Shown one piece after another: positions 53,301 through 63,787 of a DNA stretch of 64,000 nucleotides; positions within the stretch are counted from its first letter, which is position 1, and each line of letters begins with the position of its first letter. The notes under the pieces are model-generated. The model had not been told where the DNA came from. It did not search any database and was given only the letters and a program-made list of their open reading frames with translations. The position numbers and the translations under genes are program-made. This DNA is from Nemertoderma westbladi (taxonomy: Eukaryota; Animalia; Xenacoelomorpha): the NCBI GenBank assembly GCA_032718475.1, contig JAUCBJ010006746.1, positions 19,682-83,681 on the forward strand, written 5' to 3'.

Positions 53301-56024
53301 TTGTTACTTACTTAGCCTCACTAACAACGCTCCATGTAGCATCCTATTGTTACTTACTTAGCCTCCCTAACAACGCTCTCTGTATCATCCTATTGTCACT
53401 TACTTAGCCTCCCTAACAACGCTCTCTGTAGGATCCTATTGTTACTTACTTAACCTCCCTAACAACGCTCCATGTAGCATCCTATTGTTACTTACTTAGC
53501 CTCCCTAACAACGCTCCATGTAGCATCCTATTGTTACTTACTTAGCCTCCCTAACGACGCTCTCTGTAGCATCCTATTGTTACTTACTTAGCCTCCCTAA
53601 CAACGCTCTCTGTATCATCCTATTGTCACTTACTTAGCCTCCCTAACAACGCTCTCTGTAGGATCCTATTGTTACTTACTTAACCTCCCTAACAACGCTC
53701 CATGTAGCATCCTATTGTTACTTACTTAGCCTCCCTAACAACGCTCCATGTAGCATCCTATTGTTACTTTCTTAGCCTCCCTAACAACGCTCCATGTAGC
53801 ATCCTATTGTTACTTTCTTAGCCTCGCTAACAACGCTCTCTTTATCATCCTATTGTTACTTACTTAGCCTCCCTAACAACGCTCTCTGTATCATGCTATT
53901 GTTACTTACTTAGCCTCCCTCACAACGCTCTCTGTAACATCCTATTGTTACTTACTTAGCCTCCCTAACAACGCTCTCTGTAGCATCCTATTGTTACTTT
54001 CTTAGCCTCCCTAACAACGCTCCATGTAGCATCCTATTGTTACTTACTAGCCTCCCTAACAACGCTCCATGTAGCATCCTATTGTTACTTACTTAGCCTC
54101 CCTAACAACGCTCCATGTAGCATCCTATTGTTACTTACTTAACCTCCCTAACAACGCTCCATGTAGCATCCTATTGTTACTTACTTAGCATCCCTAACAA
54201 CGCTCTATGTAGCATCCTATTGTTACTTACTTAGCCTCCTTAACAACGCTCCATGTAGCATCCCATTGTTACTTACTTAGCCTCCCTAACAACGCTCTCT
54301 GTATCATCTTATTGTTACTTACTTAGCCTCCCTAACAACGCTCCATGTAGCATCCTATTGTCACTTACTTAGCCTCCCTAACGACGCTCTCTGTAGCATC
54401 CTATTGTTACTTACTTAGCCTCCCTAACAACGCTCTCTGTATCATCCTATTGTCACTTACTTAGCCTCCCTAACAACGCTCTCTGTAGCATCCTATTGTT
54501 ACTTACTTAGCCTCACTAACAACGCTCTCTGTAGGATCCTATTGTTACTTACTTAGCCTCCCTAACAACGCTCTCTGTATCATGCTATTGTTACTTACTT
54601 AGCCTCCCTAACGACGCTCTCTGTAGCATCCTATTGTTACTTACTTAGCCTCCCTAACAACGCTCTCTGTATCATCCTATTGTCACTTACTTAGCCTCCC
54701 TAACAACGCTCCATGTAGCATCCTATTGTCACTTACTTAGCCTCCCTAACGACGCTCTCTGTAGCATCCTATTGTTACTTACTTAGCCTCCCTAACAACG
54801 CTCTCTGTATCATCCTATTGTCACTTACTTAGCCTCCCTAACAACGCTCTCTGTAGGATCCTATTGTTACTTACTTAGCCTCACTAACAACGCTCTCTGT
54901 AGGATCCTATTGTTACTTACTTAGCCTCCCTAACAACGCTCTCTGTATCATGCTATTGTTACTTACTTAGCCTCCCTAACAACGCTCCATGTAGCATCCT
55001 ATTGTCACTTACTTAGCCTCCCTAACAACGCTCTATGTAGCATCCTATTGTTACTTACTTAGCCTCCCTAACAACGCTCTCTGTATCATCCTATTGTCAC
55101 TTACTTAGCCTCCCTAACAACGCTCTCTGTAGCATCCTATTGTTACTTACTTAGCCTCCCTAACAACGCTCTCTGTAGCATCCTATTGTCACTTACTTAG
55201 CCTCCCTAACAACGCTCTCTGTAGCATCCTATTGTTACTTACTTAGCCTCCCTAACAACGCTCTCTGTATCATCCTATTGTCACTTACTTAGACTCCCTA
55301 ACAATGCTCCATGTAGCATCCTATTGTCACTTACTTAGCCTCCCTAACAACGCTCTCTGTAGGATCCTATTGTCACTTACTTAGCATCCCTAACAACGCT
55401 CCATGTAGCATCCTATTGTCACTTACTTAGCCTCCCTAACAACGCTCTCTGTAGGATCCTATTGTTACTTACTTAGCCTCCCTAACAACGCTCTCTGTAT
55501 CATCCTATTGTCACTTACTTAGACTCCCTAACAATGCTCCATGTAGCATCCTATTGTCACTTACTTAGCCTCCCTAACAACGCTCTCTGTAGGATCCTAT
55601 TGTTACTTACTTAGCCTCCCTAACAACGCTCTCTGTATCATCCTATTGTCACTTACTTAGCCTCCCTAACAACGCTCACTGTAGCATCCTATTGTTACTT
55701 ACTTAGCCTCCCTAACAACGCTCCATGTAGCATCCTATTTATACTTACTTAGCCTCCCAAACAACGCACTCTGTAGCATCCTATTGTTACTTACTTAGCC
55801 TCCCTAACAACGCTCTCTGTAGCATCCTATTGTTACTTACTTAGCCTCCCTAACAACGCTCTCTGTAGCATCCTATTGTCACTTACTTAGCCTCCCTAAC
55901 AACGCTCTCTGTAGCATCCTATTGTTACTTACTTAGCCTCCCTAACAACGCTCTCTGTATCATCTTATTGTCACTTACTTAGCCTCCCTAACAACGCTCC
56001 CTGTAGCATCATATTGTTACTTAC
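17394..56024 (-). other. Giant last intron of tensin (38,631 bp, phase 2)
   Basis: Donor AA|GTAAGT at 56024 and acceptor TTTTCAG ending at 17394. Only ~145 bp (17394-17539) is non-satellite. Confidence 0.92.
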
Positions 56025-56058
56025 TTAGCCTCCCTAACAACGCTCCCTGTAGCATCCT
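17540..56058. repeat. 46-bp tandem satellite, ~837 copies, consensus cctccctaacaacgctc(ca/tc/ta/cc)tgtagcatcctattgttacttacttag
   Basis: The period of 46 is read directly (e.g. ctccctaaca at 17581 and 17627). The array is uninterrupted and head-to-tail, and its last 34 nt overlap the tensin exon. Confidence 0.99.
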
Positions 56059-56179
56059 TCCTAACCCATCGACGCTCCCTGGGATCCATCCCGCAGTAAG
56101 TGACCGTCTCTGTCTGGTAGTGTCGCCTTAGGAACTTCTTACGTTCGTTGTCTGTCAACGTAATCCCTTTAGAGTGTAC
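56025..56179 (-). CDS. TNS: Tensin penultimate coding exon (PTB domain)
   Basis: Acceptor ttgtctcgcag|G. It encodes VHSKGITLTDNERKKFLRRHYQTETVTYCGMDPRERRWVRKDATGSVVREA(K), cf. tensin [21 protein letters not shown]...DP.ER.W. Length is 155 nt and the donor is AA|gtaagt. Confidence 0.95.
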
Positions 56180-56190
56180 CTGCGAGACAA

Positions 56191-56252
56191 TATACGTACA
56201 TATACGCACACATACGTGCATATACGTACATATACGTACATATACGTACATA
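56191..56252. repeat. (tatacgtaca)n 10-bp micro/minisatellite
   Basis: About six copies lie immediately upstream of the exon's acceptor site. Confidence 0.85.
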
Positions 56253-56280
56253 ATATATAAATCATAACAACGTGACTTTG

Positions 56281-57325
56281 ATTAATGTAATCTTTATTAA
56301 TCCAACGGATTGTAAAATTTACATACACTCAATACAAATTTACACAATTTTAACTCATAAATTTACATTTTCTTAAGTTGCTTAATAAAATAAAGATAGT
56401 ATTAGTGATAAAAGGCGACATCAGTGGGATAGAAAAATAACATTGTTAAAAATCGAGTTTAAGGAGAGAGCGATCAAAGTAGAGTCAACGGTGCAATGAA
56501 TAACAACAGAATGATTATAGTAATGAATAACAATAATAACGAGAAATCTAATAATAATAATATAATCTATAGTATAAATAGTAAACGAGCATTTTACATA
56601 GTGTAAAAATGAATAGCCAGGTGGATGCTAGAGCGAAAAACCTGGGCATTGACTGCGGGGCAACTATATATGTGACACGTCACTTGCTGATTGAAAGCAT
56701 AGTTTGCAAGTACAGGGCTCTGTCGGGCGCCAGCAGCCGGATGAGCATAACTTATGATGCATTCCATTAGATGAGTTGAGCCGCTGCTCGACGACGCATC
56801 TTAGATAGGTATCGCAGGTCTATTGCGGCCTGAGATGGTCTATCTACAGATTCTAAAACCCGTGTGGTGGAAGAAAACTTGCTGATGCCGCACCACAGTT
56901 TGAAGAAGAATCCACGAGTCTTAATGACATGAGGGAGGGATGTGTGTTTGTTCTTGTTGGGTTCGAAGATAATACAGCCGCGATTCCTGAACTGAACTTA
57001 GTGAGTTACCATATATAACCAAATCATCAGCGTACAATAGAAGAAACACCGCAGTGACGGCTATAGCTGCCGGGAGATCAGCGATGAAGAGGCTAAATAG
57101 GAGAGGCGATAATTTATCGCCTTGTAGGACTCCGATCATTTGGCTGATTGGCTCTGTTAGGTACAAGCCAATGCTCAATCGAATAAAGTTTCACCTAATA
57201 TGGACAATATCGCATGAATGAAATGTCGGCTGACTCCAAGGTGAGATAGCTTGAAGAATAGTTTGTGGCGGTCTACAGTATTGAAAGCTTTACTGAAATC
57301 GACGAACACGCAATATACCCAAACA
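56281..57325 (-). mobile_element. 5'-truncated, internally deleted non-LTR retrotransposon (LINE)
   Basis: RT motifs YCVFVDFSKAFNTVDRHKLF and GVLQGDKLSPLLFSLFIADL...LLYADDLVI are present, followed by a Cys/His C-terminal remnant (CTCKLCFQSASDVSH). The 3' end reads aatccgttggattaataaag. The reading frame is disrupted. Confidence 0.85.
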
Positions 57326-57535
57326 GTTGGTTCCTCACTCAATCACCTGTTATTGCTTTCGTACCCAATTTTATCCGGAACTAGAAGTATAACATTTATA
57401 TCCTACCAATTATTGCTGAAGTTGTTGTGTAGGGTTACATTTTGTGTGAGATATCTAGGTTCAAGAAGAAAATGAAATACAGACACATTACCATGTGATT
57501 CGGTTCCCAACACGAGTTTGTCGAGAACTACAAAC

Positions 57536-57747
57536 CTTAAAGTGAACGCAGATTGGTTCGGGTAGGGGCCGCATGCTGAATGCTTCGGACACCGCCCGTT
57601 CTATGGAAGGGGGGCCGGTAAGCATCTCCGTATTGCAGTAGTGGATGTAGATGACGTTACAACCGACACCGCGTTCCAGTAGATGCTGACTGCCCGACTC
57701 GTCGGTGGGAGTAGCAGACCCATCCACGCCAGGAGAATCGGTTACGT
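57536..57747 (-). CDS. TNS: Tensin exon (SH2-PTB linker and PTB N-terminus)
   Basis: ctattgttgtag|AC ... AAG|gtttgt. It encodes VTDSPG...LLERGVGCNVIYIHYCNTEMLTGPPSIERAVSE...ICVHFK, cf. tensin LL.QGAACNV.....V..ESLTGP.AI..A...IVHFK. Confidence 0.93.
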
Positions 57748-57900
57748 CTACAACAATAGAGAGGAATTCATTACAACGCAAACACTGTAGCCAGAATTGT
57801 TCCGCGTAAGTAATAATGCAATATACGACGACTTGAAGGGCTGTGAATGGCCGAAATTACACTACGTTTCTTAGATTATAACTATAATTAATTTAAACCG

Positions 57901-58175
57901 TGGGCCCATGTGAAGTATACCAGACTTAAAGGTGTTTTATTTCACTTTGCTGTTTACCCCATGCTAAACAAGGTTCGAAAACCTAGTTTACTGAAGGGCT
58001 GAATCTAACCAAAACAATAAACAAATTAGTATCTGATTATAAGGTTATAAGATATAAGGTATAAATAAGCGGGCCCATGTGAAGAATGCCAGGTTTCCAC
58101 CACAAACACAGGTTACAGAAGGGCTTAATCTAACCAAAACAATAAACGAATTAGTATATGTACAGGCTATAAGAC
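57901..58175. repeat. Imperfect intronic direct duplication
   Basis: gggcccatgtgaag occurs at 57902 and 58071. aagggct.aatctaaccaaaacaataaac.aattagtat occurs at ~57995 and ~58119. Confidence 0.7.
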
Positions 58176-58336
58176 AGAAATAAGCGCTATAAAACACTTA
58201 ATAAAGATAAATTTAAAAAATATATAAATTATTCATGTATAAAATCCCACTAAAACTTCGACCGTGAAAACCCGGTATTCTTCAAATTGGCCGCTTTGCC
58301 CCGCTCCGTACCATGTACCCTTATATAGGTTCTCAC

Positions 58337-58519
58337 CTGTAAAGTCTGAAAGGAACAGTTTACAGGGGAGGGCCAATGGAGTTACTGAATGTTGGTAGAC
58401 AAGGGCCGGTAGACTGGAGAATGTCGGCTCGTTCGCACATCCCTTCAGTCGGACGCCACGAGAGTTCGATTCGATAAGAAAGTGGCGAACCAGTTCGTTT
58501 TCCGTTCCAGAATTATCAT
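58337..58519 (-). CDS. TNS: Tensin exon (SH2 C-terminal half)
   Basis: ttttgctcag|AT ... G|gtgaga. It encodes [60 protein letters not shown], with the tensin SH2 signature ELVRHFLIE...[24 protein letters not shown]. Confidence 0.96.
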
Positions 58520-58931
58520 CTGAGCAAAATTATCAATTAAATAAAACGTAGAACTCTACAGATTAGCAAACATTAAATATTATTAATAAATATTAATTAT
58601 ACATATCTATAGTAACTAAATAACACAACAATTAATGGAACATCAATAACTCTCGTAATATCTTACAATGTACACATATTACGATGGTTTCAGCATCATC
58701 AGCATGAACAATAAATTATTTGGTTTACTCAGTTCAAATTCATCCAATCAATTTCAATTTCCTCCAATCCTTTTGTAAATATTACATTATGTTGATGTGA
58801 ATATCTGAAGAAGCTGTTATTGAAAGTTTAAACCACCGAAAAGAGTTGTTAGTCGATCGTCCATTATTAAACTCTACTTCAAAGTTAAAGATAGTTAGTA
58901 AACTATTAGTAAAATAAAGCGACCCCTTTAC

Positions 58932-59072
58932 CTTGTCTCTTTGTAGCCTGGGTGGTGAGGATACCTGGTGGAGGCGTGGATACTTTAATGGCCAACCCAA
59001 AGCAACCGGGATACGAACTGCTATCCCGGATAACAAATGTACCCGGCACGCCATGACTGACTAGTTCAATAG
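58932..59072 (-). CDS. TNS: Tensin exon (SH2 N-terminal half)
   Basis: tttctttcccacag|CT ... G|gtaaag. It encodes (A)IELVSHGVPGTFVIRDSSSYPGCFGLAIKVSTPPPGILTTQATKRQ, containing the FLVR-type FVIRDS motif. Confidence 0.95.
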
Positions 59073-59241
59073 CTGTGGGAAAGAAATAACAGCAAATGTA
59101 TCACGTGTACCAATACAGAGTGCGGGATAAGCAGGGGAAATAAATAATAACAACAAATAATACAAATATAATATAATTATTATAAAGAAATACATCGAAT
59201 TTATATACTTAACGAAGATATACATCAAAACCGTTTCGCAT

Positions 59242-61677
59242 CATGTAACACACAACAATAGCATACTTCACTACATGTAACACACAACAATTAGTAGCAA
59301 CTACATGTAACACACAACAATAGCCCACTTCACTACATGTAACACACAAAAATAGCCTACTACACTACATGTAACATACAACAATAGCCTACTTCACTAC
59401 ATGTAACACACAACAATAGCCCACTTCACTACATGTAACACACAAAAATAGCCTACTACACTACATATAACACACAACAATAGCATACTTCACTACATGT
59501 AACACACAACAATTAATAGCAACTACATGTAACACACAACAATAGCATACTTCACTACATGTAACACACAACAATTAATAGCAACTACATGTAACACACA
59601 ACAATAGCCCACTTCACTACATGTAACACAAAAAAAATAGCCTACTACACTACATATAACACACAACAATAGCCCACTTCATTACATGTAACACACAACA
59701 ATAGCCCACTTCACTACATGTAACACACAAAAATAGCGGAAGCAGGACAATTCGGTCCCGGACAATTCGGTCCGGACAATTCGGTCCCGGACAATTCGGT
59801 CCCGGACAATTCGGTCCCATTAATTTTGTGTTTTGGGACCGAATTGTCCGGGACCGAATTGTCCGGATACTGACTAGGACAATTCGGTCCCAAAACATGC
59901 ATATTAATGGGACCGAATTGTCCGGGACCGAATTGTCCGGGACCGAATTGTCCGGGACCGAATTGTCCGGGACCGAATTGTCCAGGACCGAATTGTCCGG
60001 GACCAAATTTAATTGGTACTATATAATGGTGAATGTTCTAGAACCTTAATATATATTATTATATGGTAGCTAGTGTTTTGTACTACTGTAACTAGCTAGA
60101 TTACTAGCTATATTTTTTTTAATAAAAAAAATTTACTTTTTTTTGTTAACATTATTATTTATGGTAGCTATGGAGCTTTATGGAGCTTGTGATTTATTTA
60201 CTAGCTAGTAATAGTATGTATTTAAAATGTTTAAAGCTGATTTTTTTTATATACTGCGTAAGTATAATGTATGTGTTGTTGGCTGGTAACAAGCCTAAAT
60301 TATTATCCTAGATAATAGCTGGATCTCATTCAGGGACTGTTATAATATCATCAATATTGTTGGTAATTAATATAATCAGCAACAGTTTAGGCCTAATTCT
60401 GAAATATCAATGTTTTCACAAGTGTTTTTATAATTTCAAGGAAATGCTAGCTAGTAAAAAAAAACACTAGCTACACCTTAATAAATAATATATAATAATG
60501 TTCTCGAACACTACCAATAACAAAAATAAAAAAAAATACAGTATTTTTAAAATTTCAAAAAATTCTAGCAAGTAAATAACACTAGCTACCATAACAAATA
60601 TCTCTACTAATGTTCTAGAACATTCACCAATATCAAAAAAGCCCTAAAAAGTTGCTATCAGGAACCGGACAATTCGGTCCCGGACAATTCGGTCCCGGAC
60701 AATTCGGTCCTAGGACAATTCGGTCCTAGGACAATTCGGTCCCGGACAATTCGGTGCCGGACAATTCGGTCCCATTTATTTAGTGTTTTGGGACCGAATT
60801 GTCCGGACCGAATTGTCCGGGACCGAATTGTCCTACATCCAAAAATAGCCTACTACACTACATGTAACACACAACAATAGCCCACTTCACTACATGTAAC
60901 ACGCAACAATTAATAGCAACTACATGTAACACACAACAATAGCCCACCTCACTACATGTAACACATAACAATTAATATCAACTACATGTAACACACAACA
61001 ATAGCCTACTTCACTACATGTAACACACAACAATAGCCTACTACACTACATGTAACACACAACAATAGCCCACTACACTACATGTAACACACAACAATAG
61101 CCTACTACACTATATGTAACACACAACAATTAATAGCAACTACATGTAACACACAACAATAGCCCACTTCACTACATGTAACACACAACAATAGCCCACT
61201 ACACTACATGTAACACACAAAAATAGCCTACTACACTACATGTAACACACAACAATAGCCCACTACACTACATGTAACACACAACAATAGCCTACTACAC
61301 TACATGTAACACACAACAATTAATAGCAACTACATGTAACACACAACAATAGCCAACATACATGTAACACACAACAATAGCCCACTTCACTACATGTAAC
61401 ACACAACAATAGCCCACTTCACTACATGTAACACACAACAATAGCCCACTACACTACATGTAACACACAACAATAGCCTACTTCACTACATGTAACACAC
61501 AACAATTAATAGCAACTACATGTAACACACAACAATAGCAACAACATGTAACACACAACAATAGCCCACTTCACTACATGTAACACACAACAATAGCCCA
61601 CTTCACTACATGTAACACACAACAATAGCCCACTTCACTACATGTAACACACAACAATTAATAGCAACTACATGTAA
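59242..61677. repeat. 30/32-bp minisatellite (catgtaacacacaacaatagcccacttcacta and catgtaacacacaacaattaatagcaacta), split by a transposon
   Basis: Tandem copies occupy 59242-59737 and 60841-61677. Confidence 0.95.
59738..60840. mobile_element. 1103-bp non-autonomous foldback element, MULE/Mutator-like (9-bp TSD)
   Basis: A perfect TSD aaaaatagc sits at 59729-59737 and 60841-60849. The termini GGA[A/T]G[C/T]AGGACAATTCGGTCCCGG are inverted. The arms are built of 15-bp GGACAATTCGGTCCC repeats in both orientations, and the AT-rich interior is also imperfectly palindromic. Confidence 0.88.
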
Positions 61678-62399
61678 ATGAACGGAGAATGGTTTCTAAC
61701 TGATGATACATACGGATAGCAGTTTTACACAAAGTATACGAACAAAGTATTTCCGGCATTTTTAGGAAAATAAGCTGCCTTTTTTTCACTTCCATCTATC
61801 TGTATCTGTGGGAATATATTCCAATCTTTATTCCTGAAATATCTGTTATAAATCAGATAACAATGCAACTTTGTGGAATAAAACCCATCGGGCAGTATAT
61901 AGACATATACATCGTGGTCTTAGAGAAAAAGTTATGGTACCCTAGGGATTGGAGGGTGTTAGGTACTGGGACCCCGTCATGCATGACCAAAAGTTGTGAG
62001 GGATTTATTGTGCAACAGGTGATAAATAAATATGCGGACTGCCTGGGGACTTACAAAAGGGAGGATTTATTAGGTATGCCGCATCGCATAATTAGTTACT
62101 GATTACCTATGGCCAAGAAAGCATCAATTACAAACTCAGTTTGAAGCCTGAAACTCATATATTTTATAAATACTATTTATCATTTTAATATTGAAACAAA
62201 ATTTAGTAGATCTGACAGACGCCAGTAGGCAAGATTGCAAAACTGTGCAAAATGGGATTCCTAGAAAAATTAAATGGGGACTTTTACATAATATTTACAT
62301 ATTATCGGAACAATAAAGGTTCGGAGCCGGCTCTGTTCAACTGTCAAGTTTGGAGGGATTAATGAGACACCTACAATGCAGTATTCGGTCTGGTTGGAA

Positions 62400-63050
62400 T
62401 TGCGTGCATTGTACTTGACACAATACACCAGGCGTAGCATTCTTGTGTATGTGCCATCCATGGATTTGGTGTCCTTAGCAGTTAGAGCGCAGTTCCAATG
62501 CTGCCCTAAATAATCGAACTTTGAGATTCCACATTATTCTATTGGACTTCCATATCCTGGACTGGACAGTCCTTCCCATTACATATTCTAAGTGAATTCC
62601 GGATAAATGATCCCAAGTAACAGAAGTCATCTACACTCAAGCATACCATCAATGGAGCTTATTCTCATACGATTAGACACTTACTAACGACTATCGAGGT
62701 TAGCTGTAAACTGTAAACGATAAATTTTGGTCATCGTGAAGTTAACAAAAAGAGCAACATTGGAAGCACCCTGCTCCGCTCCAATGAGCCTAGGAGCTGT
62801 TTGGCTCCCTTTAGTGACCGTAAGTACTCGAGTCATCAGCAAACTGAAAATCAAGGTGCTTGCTTGGCTTGGCTAGTGATTGATTCTACTAGAAATATAA
62901 GAAAACCATCAATACATTTGATTGACAGCGACAATGCTGATGGTCTGGGTTTAATGTCAGAAAAATTGGTGAAAAAGTGCTCAAAGACTACTATGACAGA
63001 ATCTTCGATCCTGGCCATCGAGATGTGTTTAATAATTCCAAATACCAAAG
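62400..63050. mobile_element. Degenerate RTE/RTE-X LINE remnant in two oppositely oriented pieces
   Basis: Minus strand ~62655-62400 reads VDDFCYLGSFI...IWKS...KVRLFRA...MDGTYTRMLRLV. Plus strand ~62795-63050 reads LAPF...LIDSDNADGLGLMSE../AQRLL, a degenerate D.DFADD.AL.S...AQ.LL motif. Confidence 0.65.
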
Positions 63051-63613
63051 GGAAAGGGATTAAACAAACTATCAAGGCTGGTATAGAAATCAGCTGGAAT
63101 TCACTATTCCTGGCAGCAGTAGCGCAGTCCATGCTGGGCCCTTTACAGTAGAAGAAAGGGAATTCCTTGACGGTACATTCATTAGGAGGCTGTCCAGGGT
63201 TCAAGGTAAAAGATACAATGATCACTAAGTAAACAAGGAAATGCACGACCTCGGTTGTATCTTTCTGCTACCAAAACAGCACTCCACTGCATGCATGCAT
63301 GAAGGGTCAAAGCTCCTGGACACTGCTAAATTGTATAACAGATCAGTCTCCCAATGACCTTGAGTTACAGCAGGAAACGTAGAGGTGTGCAATGGACATC
63401 TCTGCAATTACCTGTGAGGCAGGGAGGGGGAAAACATTTTTATTTACGTATCTATCTATACAATAAATCCAACATCGTCATCTTCTCTATACCGGTGGAA
63501 ATTAATCGCTAATATTGTAATTAACATGTTACGGTAACAAATCCACGAATCAGTTATATTATTATTAGATTATTCTGTTATTTTGAAATTTAGACACAAA
63601 TGTTATACAATAC

Positions 63614-63787
63614 CTTGCTCTCTGGAAATCTTAGGTTTGTACCAGGTATGGGATGTGTCGTAGACAAACTTGGCGGGTCCCCTAGACATATCCATATCAA
63701 CCAACGACGACACACTAGAACGATGACTCAGATGAGACTGACTGTAGCTACTCAAAGGGGTCCCTCCACCTTCATTGGATAAACAAC
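63614..63787 (-). CDS. TNS: Tensin exon (start of SH2 domain); the gene continues beyond the window end
   Basis: gtttttgttag|GT ... G|gtattg. It encodes CLSNEGG...PAKFVYDTSHTWYKPKISREQ, cf. tensin KFVQDTSK.WYKP.ISREQA. Confidence 0.95.

Noticed and set aside
17540-56024. Array of ~800 alternative 32-nt micro-exons separated by 14-nt GT-AG introns (Dscam-like diversity)
   Set aside because: 14 nt is too short for a typical intron, the AG has no pyrimidine tract, and 32 nt shifts the frame. It is not supportable without transcript data.
17540-56058. CRISPR array (constant repeat plus variable segment)
   Set aside because: There are no unique spacers, only point variants of one 46-mer. No cas genes are present, and the context is a spliceosomal eukaryotic gene.
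17540-56058. Interstitial telomere (one CCCTAA/TTAGGG per monomer)
   Set aside because: The hexamer is never tandem and is explained by the exon codons GTT AGG GAG.
59650-60049. ORFs with PDNSV / GTELS / GPNCP repeats
   Set aside because: They are translations of the 15-bp repeats in the foldback element arms.
59242-61677. Common origin of the 30/32-bp minisatellite and the 46-bp satellite (shared aacaatag, ctacatg)
   Set aside because: Only short AT-rich words are shared, in a different order and on opposite strands. The 46-mer is already accounted for by the exon junction.
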